A DNA stretch of 43,260 nucleotides from Phoronis australis (lineage: Eukaryota; Animalia; Phoronida). The notes under the pieces are model-generated. The model was not told where the DNA came from, made no database searches, and saw nothing but the letters and a program-made list of their open reading frames with translations. Within the stretch, counting starts at the first letter, position 1. Every line of letters begins with the position of its first letter. The stretch spans positions 133,779-177,038 of the forward strand of contig NMRA01000155.1 in the NCBI GenBank assembly GCA_002633005.1. The letters are read 5' to 3'. Positions 11,995 to 25,919 of the stretch are shown here, in pieces. The position numbers and the translations under genes were made by a program.

Positions 11995-12799
11995 ATTGTA
12001 ATTTTAAACAATACATTTTGCTATGACAAAAGTTCGAAGGTTGGGCAGGATGTTGTTTTTCATAATACATGCATTGTGAAAGCAGTCATAAAATAGTTTT
12101 TGTTAATTTTAGGGATTTACAGGAATTTTCTTTAGATTTTACTATACTTAGGCCGGAGAGGTATCTACTTAGTTTCAAGATTTTACTACACTTTTTACAA
12201 TTTTTTTAGGGTAGAACTTTAATCATTTGACAGGTGTCCTTGCACACATTGCAAAAGCTGTCATTCCTGTGATTTATATATTTAGTAATGGAATCTTTAG
12301 TTATACTTTACGCGTAACTCTCGTTAATATGGTGAAATACTTGACACCATGGCGTATGTATTTAGCTATGAGGTTTGTACATTAGAGCGACCGATTTTTG
12401 TTGTCGGACTAAGGATTGGAGCTAACAATGGAGCTTCGGACCATAGACATGGATCCTACATTCTTAACAAAATATACTATCTTACACAAACAATAATATA
12501 ACATTAACAATTATAATAACAATAATACTTTTATGATTTCTTTGTAGTTCAAATCTGTTACGTATTTCCCCTTTTAGCATTCCTGCAGGTCAATAGTCCA
12601 ACGGGAAGTTAGTCGGAAAGACATTTAAGGAGCAGTGGCTTTTTGGCCTTCTGAAATAAGTTGTGTTTTTCTTATTACTACTTTCATTTTCATAGGTTTG
12701 TGGTCTCAAAACCAAAGGACCTTTATTCTAAAGAGTATTAACAGGAAAAATGTGGGCTTTGTTTGTTTGTGAAAAATTGACTTCACAAAAAAGGAAACT

Positions 12800-13010
12800 A
12801 AACCATGTTTTGATGAATTCAACCAATACTGGTCCTGTCATTTGATAATGTATCATTGGCGTCAAACTTGAAAGAGCTGGAGTTAACTAAAAACTCATGC
12901 CCCTATCTCGCATTTTGGTCCTTGGTGGGTGGTCTTTTCCCACAGTTGCCGTGTAATTCTCCAAGGCATAGGTCGTGCTTAGCCTATTAGCAGACTTTCA
13001 CAATAGTTTC
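12800..13010. repeat. Dispersed repeat fragment; inverted homolog at about 34860-35060
   Basis: GGTCTTTTCCCACAGTTGCCGTGTAATTC matches the reverse complement of GAATTACACGGCAACTGTGGGAAAAAGACC. Confidence 0.6.
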
Positions 13011-13048
13011 AAATTTTTCAGAACTTTTCAGAGTAGTCGAGAGTTACA

Positions 13049-13187
13049 CATGGGCAGCGCAGCACTGAAAAATGGGGGGTTATAGCCCCCCGCCCCTCTG
13101 TTGTGCACCGCCCATAGACCATAGGCGTCGGAGCACTGAAAGAAGTGGGGCTATAGCCCCCCAGCCCCGTATGGTGCGCCGCCCATG
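13049..13187. mobile_element. MITE with CATGGGCGGCGCA-type TIRs
   Basis: CATGGGCAGCGCA ... TGCGCCGCCCATG flanked by TTACA/TTACA; relatives at 3590-3661 and about 26800-26924. Confidence 0.65.
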
Positions 13188-15524
13188 TTACAGGACATTA
13201 TTTTGTTCCAGAAAACTGGAGAGTAAAGTCGTTTTTGTATCTTTTAATAAGTCAAAACTGGGTTTGGCGTCCTTTTGATTTTCTGAAGTGTCTTTAGTCG
13301 GAAGAGCTGTTGGTCTGATTGGTCCACTGAGCATTACACTTTGAAATAAATCTGATTAGCAGGCACGAAAAAGTGCAAGGTAACTATATCGCCATGACCA
13401 CGCTTGGTAGGTTACAGGGCTAGGATGGCAACAAAAAATTACCGAAAGAACCCTGTATTTTCAAAAGAAAGTCTTTAACATTTGCATACATAATAATTCT
13501 TAATTAGGCTCAAATGTGCAGTCTTCTATAAGCTCTGATGCAATGTCATCACCTTAATCACTTTCAGACTAACAATCCTTTGAACTAAATTTCCTTTGCA
13601 CTAGAGACTATCAAAGGTCCTTCGGAATACAGGATCGACCAACCCATCTCAGCACATCTTGTATAGACATCACAAAACAATAAAGAAACAATAGCTGAAA
13701 AAGTTGCATGAAATACCTTTCAGACGATCTATCAGAGAAAATTCTTGGTTATTTTAGCAGAACTGAACACCCTGTGACGAAAACGGCACTCCCTCACTTC
13801 TTCACCTGAAACAAATTATAAATGCAGTGATCTACATGTATGCTGCACTTTTACATTTGCATTCATTTATTTGGCTTATTTAAAGCTCTCTTTTAAATTT
13901 CCAATTGGAGTTTGAAAGTTTTTAAGTTGTTCTGCTACATTTAATGGTTCACATGTTAACAATAAATTTGTTGGGAGGCCAACTGCTGCAAATAACAAAA
14001 TTTGCAATGTTTTACAATGCTATTTGATTAAGTCTGAAAAACAGGCTGTATGTTAGCGGAATAAGAATCAAAATGACTCTGACCTTGTGAAAGTATTGAA
14101 TCAAAGTAGTGATTCCTTGTGACCTCGCACTCACCGAGTTTAAAAAAATAAAATCACAGAAACCTTGCGAAAATTTGTAGAATCTGCGAAAATGTATATG
14201 TATAATTCCCATAATACTTTATTTATTTGAAACTCACACCACCTTCATAACTCACCCTTGTGAAGTTGCATGTTTCCCTACTCTGAGAAAACAAGCACCA
14301 AATTCTACCTCCATCTGTATCATTGTCACTTGAACTGAACGGATCGACAACATTCTCATCTGAAAAAAAAATCAAAATTATCAATAGAAATGAAATGCTG
14401 TGTATAGTCCAAGGGGTCTATAGTTCGAAAACAATGGGTCTATAGTCCGAAAAGTCAATAATTGGAACAGAAAACTAGTTAATAGTTTTTGTCACATTAT
14501 TCCGTAATATACAGAAATAAATGTCTTCAGGATTTCAGGTAATTTTACATCATATTCTCCATCTTTCAAAATTCTGTAAAGCTCTGTAAAGCAGGCAAAG
14601 CTCTCTGTCTTGAAATTGTGGTTATTCAACGAACAATAACCTGAACTTGCTACGAACACTTATTTTAATATTGCAATATTCTTGGTAACTACCGAGTCGG
14701 TAACGCAAGATAAAATTTCCCTTACTTCTTCGGACTATTGACCAGTCGAGCCACAGAACCTTTAGACCAACCATCCCTTAATTATTGAGTCTTTTAAGCA
14801 GACGTCAAAGTCACTAAGAGAATTCAACGATATTTTTAGGATTTTTTTTCACATGGTCTGGTCTGGTGTTTGTGCCGTTCTTTTAATGACAACAGAAAAT
14901 ATGTTTAGTGGATACACATTCTAGGCACATAGTTTGTAAAGATTTGAGAACCTGTATATTTTGGCAACTCACACTAACTTCAGGAAATTATTTTACCCTG
15001 GAATTTTCCATATCAAGTTTGAGATTTAGTTTTCAGTCACTGATTTCAAAGTCTTCATTTAAGGGTTGAAAAAGATCTAAGGTTGATACTAGATTCCTCA
15101 CATTGAATCAATGTGAAAACATGTACTGTTCCATGCTACATTAAGAAGATACTCACATTTAAAGAACTGGGCAAACAACACAGCTAATTTTCCACGCTTG
15201 TTTGATGTGTAAAATATTTTTAAGGAAACGTTTGTGCTTGACATTTAGGATTGAACCAGACCAAACTGTAAAAGTTTTATGAGTGATTTGACTCAATGCC
15301 TCACGATATGCTTTAGTGTAAATGCTTCTTATTAAAATTTGTTATATGTATAAGTACATGTATTGCTTATTTATTTGATACAGGGATTCCATCTTAGAGG
15401 ACCTTTTGTAGCGTTCCAGTCCACAAAATGGACGAATTTCGTAGGAAAATCGCTACTGAAAGGGCACCACAGTAAAGGTCTCATATATAAAAATGCCCCG
15501 GATCTGTATAGTTCTCTTAGATAT

Positions 15525-15840
15525 AGATATGTATGTATGTATATATGAATGTGTGTGTGTGTGTATGTATGTAGGCCTATGTAGTGTATGTATGTGTGTA
15601 TGTATGTATGTATGTATGTATGCCTATGTATGTATGTACATGTATGTGTGTATATATGTATGTATGTACATTGTATGTAGGCCTATGTATGTATGTATGT
15701 GTGTATGTATGTATGTATGTAGGCCTATATTTGTATGTTTGTATGTATGTATACATTATACATATACATGAGTGTGTGCGTGATTATATATACAGTACAT
15801 GAGTGTGTGCGTACGTGCGTGTGTGCCGGGTGTATGTGTT
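15525..15840. repeat. Imperfect (TATG)n/(TG)n microsatellite
   Basis: Direct reading; explains the spurious MYVC ORFs. Confidence 0.95.
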
Positions 15841-18778
15841 TTGATAAAATATAGAAAGTAATTATTATGAATATTAGTGTGGCCAAAATCTCCCAAATTC
15901 CTATCAACACCACTATAGGCGCCCTAGGCACTGATAGAGAATTGACAAAATTAATTTTGCTGACAGTGAATGTAACCAACAGCTTCTGTGTGGTCAAAAT
16001 TGGCCATCAATGTTGATTACTGTGTTGATACCACTATCAACGATTCTGTGCGCACTGTGCTGAAGTTAAGCTTAGAGCACTGTGTTTAGTGCATTCAGAA
16101 GATTTAGTACTACCAAATGCAACTAACATGTTTGCTTTTACAGTGAAACTGTTTAAAGATGCTGGGGGTTTGTTATTTTCACTTTCGTTAGTAAGTTATG
16201 CAGCACAGATTCGGTGTCAATCTAGAAACGCCGTTTATCAGACATATAGGTGGTCATTATTTCACCAACTCTACAACGACAAGGAAGAGCTTCCACTTTG
16301 CAATCCCCAGAGTGTGAATTTATACAACACAGCTAGAACATATAACTCGACAACAGTCAATGGGGCCCTAAGTATTTCGTGGCAGCAGACTGCAACGCAG
16401 TAGCTACTAACCCAATACGAAACTCGCTCACAATGCCATGTATAAACTTTTCTCCATAGTATTTGAACCTTTTCACCACTAACTCACATGTGGGCGCAGA
16501 TTGATTATCTTTAAATAGCCTACTGTCTACAATACCGTAACGTAGTCAGTTAATCTCTGGGTGATATAAAACGATTATACAAACGATGAAGTTACACAAT
16601 ACTGATTTAAAACTAGTGGCTTTGCTTTCAAGAAAGAGTTTGATCGCCAGTAAAATGACACACACACACCATCCAATAAATAATACTTAACTATAACTGT
16701 TACATGTACGTGTTGGTAGACCATTTGATTCAGAAAAACTTAGAAACTTGCCATACAATTATTGTTTTTCTGCCAAGAGGAACAACCAGTACACGTTTTC
16801 CCGCGACAGTTCTTTCAAAAGAAGTTGCTCTTTGTTCCATGTGCAAACTAGGAATAGGGTATGTGTTTTTTTCAAAACTTTCAATCTGAATTTGGATCCA
16901 GAGCACTATAATCAATGCAAGTATCTTTTAATTTGACAGTGATTGCTCGCTGGCATCTGCGCATAACATATACTTTAGGCTACCTGCCTTGCACTTCATA
17001 ATTGCTTTGAAAGACAATATTGCAAAATACCTCTTTTTGTTTACGATGGATCAGCTAAGCTAACTTTGAAGATTTCCAAACTCAAATCTGGCTAAAAATG
17101 AAATGACCCAGTTTTTAAACAAAACCACTGTCGTGCTCCGCCTACACCTCGTTTACTACTTCTCAAGTAGTTGTCTTTCATTTCTGCTCTTCCCTTTCAT
17201 CCCTATCTGTTCCACGAGTTGCCAAACGTACATGACAGCGTTTTCCCGTTCAGTGACTTGACCAGACGTAGGCGGTTCTGAGCGTGTGATAAAATCTAGG
17301 TCTTTGTTAACTGCCAAGCGCACTTTTTTCTGTTACGACAACAGGCAGGCCAATTATCTACCAGGCTTATTACAGACCACTTGTGAACACAGTCAAACAC
17401 AGAGTGAATTGGTGTATTCGGAAAGAATAGATTGTCGTAACTTCGGTTGTAGTTGGGCGATTTTTGCGATTCAAAAACTAAACATGATCATCATTTGACG
17501 AAGATTTCATGTTCAAATATATTATAACTTAACTTTTATTTTTAACAGCTCAGCCCAGTCAGGATAGATACGATCTTGTTGGAGATTAGAGCAATTATCG
17601 AACAAAAGAGAGCTGGCCCTCCAACCATTAATGCCAGAACTGAGTAAATCAGTCGTGTAAGATATTGGCTACAGGGCCCGGGTAAACTTTCCAACTTGTT
17701 GTTGGGCTAGAATTAATCGAACAAGTTGGGAACAACGGGAAACCGCTGTAACGACCTCGGTTTATCCTGCACCATCTCGACTACCTCTCGACAGCAAGTC
17801 TGTTTAGCATCGTGATCATAGACATATTAATACTATAGACAGGAAGCACGCGCTCTGCAGCTGACAACTTGACGCCATATTGGAGAGTGCTACTAGTCAC
17901 GTGACACGGCTAATTGCCATGTAAAGAAACGGGGGAAATTGCGCTTTACAAAACGCGCTATATCTAACAAATAAAGAGACGGGAGAGTGTGATTTTTTCC
18001 AAGAACATAAAAAACATGTGATGCTGCACTTGCATGCGTTTTTTTAAGTGTCAATCAGTCGATAGGGAAAATATCAAACTAATAGAAGACCCCAACCAGT
18101 GGCAGATTCTCAAATTGTCTGGTCGGCTGCACGCTTTTTATCCGTTGCGAGCGTTTATTTTTTTCGTTTTTTCAAGACAAAACCGGCAAAATCGCACAAA
18201 TTTATCATTTAATTCAAGACGCTCGATGCAAATACATTATATCCAGGAGACGTGCTTCTCACTTGGGATCTACTTTTGTTGTGCCCCAATAAGCCTTAGT
18301 TTTCAGTATTGAAAATGACCCCGGGTAACTAGGCAAAATTAAAATACGACCCAGGTCACATTTAATGGGGGTCGAAATTTAAAGTGAACAAATGTGAAAA
18401 TGACCTCATTGGAGTCATATAAATAAATGACAGGTTTTTAAAGTTCATTAGAGCGTTCTCCCGTTCCGTGACTTTACCAGACGTACACTGGCAGCGGTTG
18501 TGATAGTCTTAACTTCGACTGCATAGTTGGGCGGTTTTGGTGATTCAAAAACTTTGGCATGTCCAGTTCTTGATGGGAAATTCGGAAATGTCATTGGTTT
18601 ATATTTAAACATTGTTTAACTTAACAGTACTTTCACTCCCTAAATCTTGCATACATTGAAAAAGCAAGAGTTCCCTTGCCACGCGTTACTCAGGTAACCC
18701 CCAGACCTAAGCATCCTCGTATCAAACATTGCGGGTATCACGTCTGCTTATCTCAATCCCCTGTTGCGGAAGAACCCA

Positions 18779-19185
18779 TTGGCGGATTTAGAGGAGGGCC
18801 AAGACCCCCCGAAAATTCTACCAGATTCCATCTTGCAGTTTGGGGGTGCGAAACTCTGACGGGCAAAACCCTGACTAATACATGCGCGCACCCACAGGGG
18901 AGGCCCGAAATAGCCCCGTCCCCCTATTTAACGACGTGGGCAAAAGGTTCTCCATAGAGAAACAAAAAGTCCGAGGAAACGAGACAAAATTCCACAGGAA
19001 TTCGTCTCGAATGCACAATTCACGGGGTTGAACTTAGGACCTCTTTTTTAGGACTCGTCTTCTTGTTCCAGTAAAAGGTTCACTTAACGCGAAATTAGTA
19101 CCCCCTCTGTATTTAGGCTGGGTGCGCGCATGTGATCCTCTGCCTTGGCCCCCTCCCCTAACTCAAAATTCTGGATCCGCCCCTG
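18779..19185. mobile_element. MITE of the (CAG)TGGCGGATTTA family with an internal insertion
   Basis: TGGCGGATTTAGAGG ... CTGGATCCGCCCCTG; internal sequence homologous to 2117-2280. Confidence 0.55.
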
Positions 19186-19265
19186 GAACCGTTGAATAAT
19201 GACGGGACAGGTTTTCCCGAACGTGAGGGCATTTTTTCATGGCCTAAAAGTTCTTCACATTAAAT

Positions 19266-19920
19266 TTAGACCCACTGGGTCATTATTTAATGCTACAGCG
19301 TTGGGTATATTTCCACTCGGTTTCCAGTGGGAAATTCTGTATTTTGGGTATAGGTCAGATGCGCAATTCCTTCGCACAGGTTTGATATTTTGAATACTAT
19401 GCACTTTACTTTTTTGCGCAAGTTTTGAGTCACAAAACAAAGATGTCGTAAGCAAGCAGTGCAAATCCACAAAATTTCCGTAAGTACAGGTTTTGCAGGG
19501 ATATGTTTGTTTTAATACAATGGAATAAATCTGATTTGGAATACTTATTAAGAAATGAGTTTTTAAAGCAGTATATATTTCAACAGAGGATACATTATTC
19601 ACTCAGATGTACTGATTTTGATGGCTAGCGAGTAGGTTCGGGGATGTTATTTTTCAGAACAACTAAAAATACATATGATTGTGATTGATGCCAAATATTT
19701 ATTTAAGTACAATCAACAAACAGCATCATCATTGGATAACAGCATGTGCTGGTCAATAGTTATGATAACTATTTTAGATCCACTGGGTCATTATTTAATG
19801 CTACACCGTTGGGTATATTTCCACTCGGTTTCCAGTGGGAAATTCTGTATTTTGGGTATAGGTTAGATGCGCAATTCCTTCGCACAGGTTTGATATTTTG
19901 AATACTATGCACTTTACTTT
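19266..19920. repeat. Near-perfect direct repeat of about 147 bp (19266-19412 and 19774-19920)
   Basis: CCACTGGGTCATTATTTAATGCTACA...GAATACTATGCACTTTACTTT occurs twice, 508 bp apart. Confidence 0.9.
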
Positions 19921-21229
19921 ATTTTAATTGATCTTATATGGTCTCAGTCACCAAGACTGATGTGGAAACAACGCATGATCGCTCCGCTTAAACTATGGTG
20001 ACAGAATATAAAAGTCTAGTGGCAGCACCTCTAAACTCCATGGCCGAACCAAAAAACCCATGACTCAAAGGCAGGACCAAAAAACTTGACTCTTTGGCTG
20101 CAAGCATAACACTTCGAGCCCGACGATTTTCTGACTGATGCCGTAGGGCTCCCAGTGTTTTCTGCCATTTTTGTCCTGTGTCGGTGGCACTCTCCAATAT
20201 GGCGTCATACTGACTACGCGAGCTGCATGTATCTGAGTGGTGCGTGCCTGGTCTATGTGATGTCTATGATTGCAATACTCGTACATATGTGCATCTCTCG
20301 CTCAGACATGTTCAAATTTTGCTGCCACTGTTGTTTCAATACTTCCCGGCATTCCACTAATGTCTCGTCCATTATCTTCTTCTGTTGTTTGCTCGTGTAG
20401 GGAACCTCTTCCGAAGAAAGACGGGCGAAAGGAAGTGCAGACTGGAAATCTTGGAAACTCTCTGTCTCAGGCTCTCGACAGCAAGATTCAAGCTCGATAT
20501 CATTCAAAACTTTATTGTTTGAAATGGTTACAGTATCTCAATGTGTTGTTTCTGTGTTAACATTTTTTGATGGCCTTCTCGTTCTGGATGGCCAATCAGA
20601 TGGACTTAGTGTGATTGTTATTGACAGAAAAAATCTGCGATTCCGCACATCAGGTCGGATAACAGAGGACATTGATTGATGTAAAAATAATATAGGAAAA
20701 AATTAATAATGCAAACGCCATTTTAAAACTCTAGTTCCCCTTATATACATGTGTTGCAGTCGTCGGGTTGTTTTACAACAGAGTCTTTGACACAACTGTT
20801 TGACCTGTGAGGTCACGGTCATGTCGTTTCAAACTGTACAAATTGCCAGTTCCCCACGCAGTGGTGGATTTAGAGGGGAGCCATGTTGCCGTAGCCAACC
20901 CAAGTCCTGTTTTAGTTCAATTCTAAAAACGTGTATGCAAAAAAAATGTATAGCACCATGACAACCTACTTCAATCTCGATCGTCCCACAGACTGGTTGA
21001 ATATGACATTTTCAGACAAATAATTTGAAAAGTTGCTGGGGGGGGGGGTGATTGCTGCATGCATCGGACACGAGAGAGTTTTCACGATAAGGAGTGTATA
21101 TACAATCTCAAATATTGTCTGCTCACCGACACTCCACGAAAACGGAAGATACTGTAGTTTTTCAGTGTCGTTATGTTCCTACGCGTATGGGCTCAAGATC
21201 AAGAAATTAAGACAAAGTAAAGAAATCCA

Positions 21230-22665
21230 CTGCTGTAGTTGGGCGTAGGCGTACGTAGGCGTAGCCAACTACCTTTTGGTATTTATACATAGCGCCTACG
21301 CACCATAGGTTACTTTATAGTGGGGCGTGGGCGCAGCCAACCATCTTTTTACATCTTATCGTAGGGCCGACGCACAGCAAATGACGGTAGTGGTGTGTAG
21401 TCGTGATATACATGTGATAGCACTGCTACTCTGAAGACAGCATTGTTCTTGGATGTTCCGGAGCGCGTGACCATACGTCCCGTGCTATTTATTCTAAAGG
21501 AACTTGGAGTGGCGTTGACTTGACAATGATGAGTCATTTTGCTGTATTCTGAGCATCTTGGACCCCAAAACGTGCCCGATGGGATCACTCAGACGCATTT
21601 GCAATCGGTCGGGGTTGGTTGCTATAACGGCAGGCAGAGGAATGCGTGAGTTCGTAGAAATGGAGGAGACGGTTTGAGCCGACAACTTACCAAGTGCTCT
21701 GCGACAACTGGACCTCTGCATTAAGACCCTTCCTTGCAGTACAGAGAAATGAATCAAGCAGTAACAGACGAACGCTCTTGTCAGCTATTAGAAACTACCT
21801 TGGACTCGCTGTCTGGCAAGGCCAGTGGTCCCCCGCTTTCCATGTTATGCCGAAGCATCGATGATTCGACAAAACGAAATGCTGATACACTGTACATGTA
21901 GTTCTCAGTACAAATAATCATGTAACTTAGAAAAGAACAAGGCTGCAGACAAAAAAGATTCTGTAACTATTACACATATATATCAAGCACTCTATCTTTG
22001 TACTGGTCACTAATACCTGGTCTTTTACTAACTTTAAAATTAAATGGAAAAATAAGAACAGTCTCTTGCAAGAAAATCGTTCTTTAAGTTTGTGCATTAT
22101 ATTTTTGAGTGTATGCACGTGTGCAAACTGTACTAAGGGTGCATAGCGCTTGGAGCTCATTGAAACATCGGTGCTTGTGTGACATCGTATTTGTTTAATA
22201 AGTCTTAGAAGCGTACGGAGTAATTTACGTTCGCCCAGTAATGAAATTTTAGATTAAAATTTCAAGATAAAATAACAATTATGGTGACATACCATCGGCA
22301 GATAAGGGGACTGAAGGGTCCCTAGGACACACCCACGGGCAACTAAACAACGCCACCAGCATATCGTTTCTGCTCGTTACGCGCCCACTTTCCTTTAAAA
22401 TTGCGTTTGACCCCCCCCCCTTCAGAGACCTCTTGGAACGCACGCGGACCTTTGCCTTCCTATACATGTATGTGCAGTTCGGCCCCTTTCTGGGACATCC
22501 TAGATTCGCCACTGCAAAGTTGAAGTAAATACCCACTCGTGAGTAAAAAATGTTTGTGAGTCGGGTTTTGCGAATTCAATGCACTTTTAAAATTCAGTGG
22601 ACAAGGTGATACGGTGGGCATTAGGCGCCACCTTAGGCCTACCTGTAATTTTACCACAACAGCAC
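21230..22665 (+). repeat. Composite dispersed repeat, copy 2, containing a probable Kolobok-like core at about 21498-22394
   Basis: Homologous to 7960-9810; core bounded by CTAA|AGGAAC and TTTCCT|TTAA. Confidence 0.75.
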
Positions 22666-25519
22666 TGAAGAAATGGAGATTAGATCTTAAGAATGTGGTC
22701 TCGGCGCATCAACCTCGGCTAATGACACGCCCAAATAAAAACGCGTACTTTTAAGACACACACACAAACATAATATATTACAGACCCCAGTTTTACGCTG
22801 GATATTAAAAATGACCTCGTATTAGCACGCGTCATGTTAATGATGTAGAACAACGTTTTTGACGTCGTGCAGCAACCATGATTAAATTTTTACAGTGAAA
22901 AATTTGTAAATTGCTAAGCAACCTGGCCCAGCACCCGGGATAAAATCTTTTTATATGCGCTAACTGCGAAGCGATACCGAAGCTAGTTTACAGTGAAACA
23001 ACACGTGTAGATGAGATAAAAGGTCATATATATTATGACAAACTAAACTGCTACAGATATCGGTAATTACAAAAGTTATATAATATGTTGAGCTGTATAC
23101 ATAAGTGGTGAATAGAATGTTAAGTAATAATATGGGAAGCATCACAGCAACACGGGACAGCCACATGGGAAATATAAGGATAAACAGGGAAAGAAAAGTG
23201 GTTTGAGGGAGGGAGGGAAAGAGAATTTGAGTGAAAACTGAAATTTTGTAGAGAATTGTGGACGATGGCCCAGTGTTGCGACGAGACAAAGAGATCAGGT
23301 GGTACAATTAAACCAATAATCGTAGAACAAAGAGGGTCACTGACCCGAGAATCCAAACAATATGATAATGAGGCGAAGCAGTATAGCTTACATAAAACAA
23401 TTTAATACTTAAATAATTTTTACTCGAGATCGAACTCGCTTGAGATCTATTATTCTGCTTTTGTGTGAACTCAAGATTATTGTCTGAACTCGAAATTTCG
23501 ATTTTTTATTCGAAATCAAAAATTTTTAATCGAGCTTTTAGCTCAAAAGTACGTGAAATGCGAACTTGGACTCGAAACACATTTGCATTAACAATAATGT
23601 AGTAAATAAAAATAAAGACTTATCTTGAATTGGACCAAAGGTAGACAGGAAAACGCTAAAATAATTTCCAGTTCGATGTCTGCTAGGAAGATTATATCCT
23701 AGCCACTAGTCTCTTTACTCAAAATTGAACTCAAAATATATTTGTGATTTACATTTCTCCCTTAATACGAACTCAATTATCCTGTGAGTAAATGCGGTTA
23801 GCAAGCGCTAAACAGGATTACGCAGTCATCCATGTGAACCATGATGCACTAGAGCACCAGAATAGTTGACACCTGTGTTGAGTTCGTACCGAAGTAGAAC
23901 AGAAAATACCAAAAATAACTTGCTCGATTTCGAGGAAAAACATTAGATCCCCGATTCAGGTGTAGAATGTATAAAATTATATACATCGGTAACAAGTGAG
24001 CTGTAAAGAAGGTTGCAATTTGTTCACCCTAACAAATAATCAGGAATAAGGTTACGCAGCATAAATAATACTAGAGAGAGACAATAACAAAACTTACAAT
24101 TAGTCATATCGACTGAGGGATGTTAAGGCAGACCAATATATACATGCAGTCTTCCTGATGCAGTGTATGACTTTTGGTTTCGGGAGCGAATGTTCAATGA
24201 GAAATTGACGGCAAAACTGCAAGAGACGAGTAAATGTGAACATAACAAAATAGGATATAACATGTAGTCAGCATACCTTATATAAAACAGTTTAATACTT
24301 AATAATATATACTAACTTTGCGCCAACTAAGAATGCAATAATTCTCTAACTTCAAGAAAGGTGTAAGTAGTGTGCTATCTATGTACCTGTAGCCCCCTGT
24401 GTTATCTGTGTACCTGTAGCCCCTGCCATTCTAAAGAGACATAATAACATTAACAAAATCCCTTGGAAGTTTGGCCACCGTGTTATATTGCCGCCTGAAG
24501 CTACTGTACATGTACGTGCAACTGCTTCGCCAGAGTGCAGAAGCAAATTACTGAGAGAAAAATGTGAAATAAATAAGAACACATTCGCCGTGCATTCTGG
24601 CCAAATCATACACATGTACATGCGTATGCGATGTAATAATTTGAAATTCTTAAATATATATTCATCAAATATACTATAGTTTGTGTTTTAACAGTTGGGA
24701 TCAATTCATGGCTAGTGACAACACATTCTTTAAGGATACTCTCTCTTTGCTTCATTTTAGTTGCAGTTCTCATAAAACGGATTTTTACGCCAGTAAATTC
24801 TTGAATCAAATAATGCTCATTCAACATAACCTAAAATATTTTCAAATCCCACTAAAAATATTTTCAATTTTTTTAAGTTAAACTCTATATTTTTGGTGGT
24901 GTAACATTACCTAAAATGGCCGCCGAAATGAGTGACATCTGACTCGTGCCCAATGGGTACTCTCTCAACTGCTGCCATAATGTGCTTTCCTTGGAAATCA
25001 CGCCGTTTTAAAAAAATGTACTCAAGATATTAGTAGAAACAGGTAACAAAAGCAAGGATGAAAGTTATGGAATGGGTATATATTACTGATGTAGTTCAAC
25101 TAACGAACTTCATCATGTGTTCTTAATTGGTGAATGTAAAGAGTATCTTTAAGAAAGGCTTCAGGCGTTTTAGATATTTTTCAGATTATTCTTTTAACTT
25201 AATATTTCATACACCCACCCAGCCTAAAAAATGAGAGGCTCCATTTTTTGAGAATGCGGACCTTTTACTAAGATTTAAGGGACATGTTATTAATTGTGCA
25301 TTGGCCAAATTTTTGTAGTTCCTGCCCTTTTAGTGGACTTGTGTCTCGTATTCTACTTATTTTCGTTGTTTTAGTTTTTCTGAGGCGGACCTTTTTTTGC
25401 CCACTTCACCAAATGGGGAGACCGGCTCGAACCCCACCTCCCACCCCTGGGTGCGCCCACGTATTCAAGTAAGTCTATAACACCATATCATTTCACCAGA
25501 GGGTATCTTTATGCTTTAC

Positions 25520-25919
25520 TTAGTTGTACGAAATTATGTATTCTGGGTACGTTTGCTCATGGGCAAACACTACATGTATTCCCGGATTCAGCACGTTGTC
25601 CACAACAGAGTCGTATAGCTTGTGAGGATCACCCGAGTCAATAGGGGGCGGTCTCAACATACTGGAATTTCCGATGGTGTATAGGCCAACAAGAACCTTA
25701 GCTAAGATGATAGCTTTGCAATCTGTATAACCAGCACAGTAAGATGCATCTTTGTGAAAATATGATCCTTTTCCGTACATTGTACCCGTGCGTGTTCCAG
25801 TGAGGCGCCAATCAAATCCTTGCTCGCAAATGGCTTTCAAGGCAGACTGTGGTGCCCCATGAAATAACTGCTTTTCATTGATACCGCCACTGTTCTTCTT
25901 CTGCATTTGTGCCTTTTTT
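25520..25919 (-). CDS. Gene B last coding exon: PARP catalytic core, H-Y-I triad
   Basis: tttcgtttcag acceptor; LFHGA, GSYFHKDASY, PGIHVVF, YPEYII; TAA at 25520-25522. Confidence 0.93.

Noticed and set aside
15493-15997. MYVC-rich ORFs
   Set aside because: Translations of the (TATG)n microsatellite
19021-19045. tRNA or SINE B-box-like sequence on the minus strand
   Set aside because: No A-box or cloverleaf can be built
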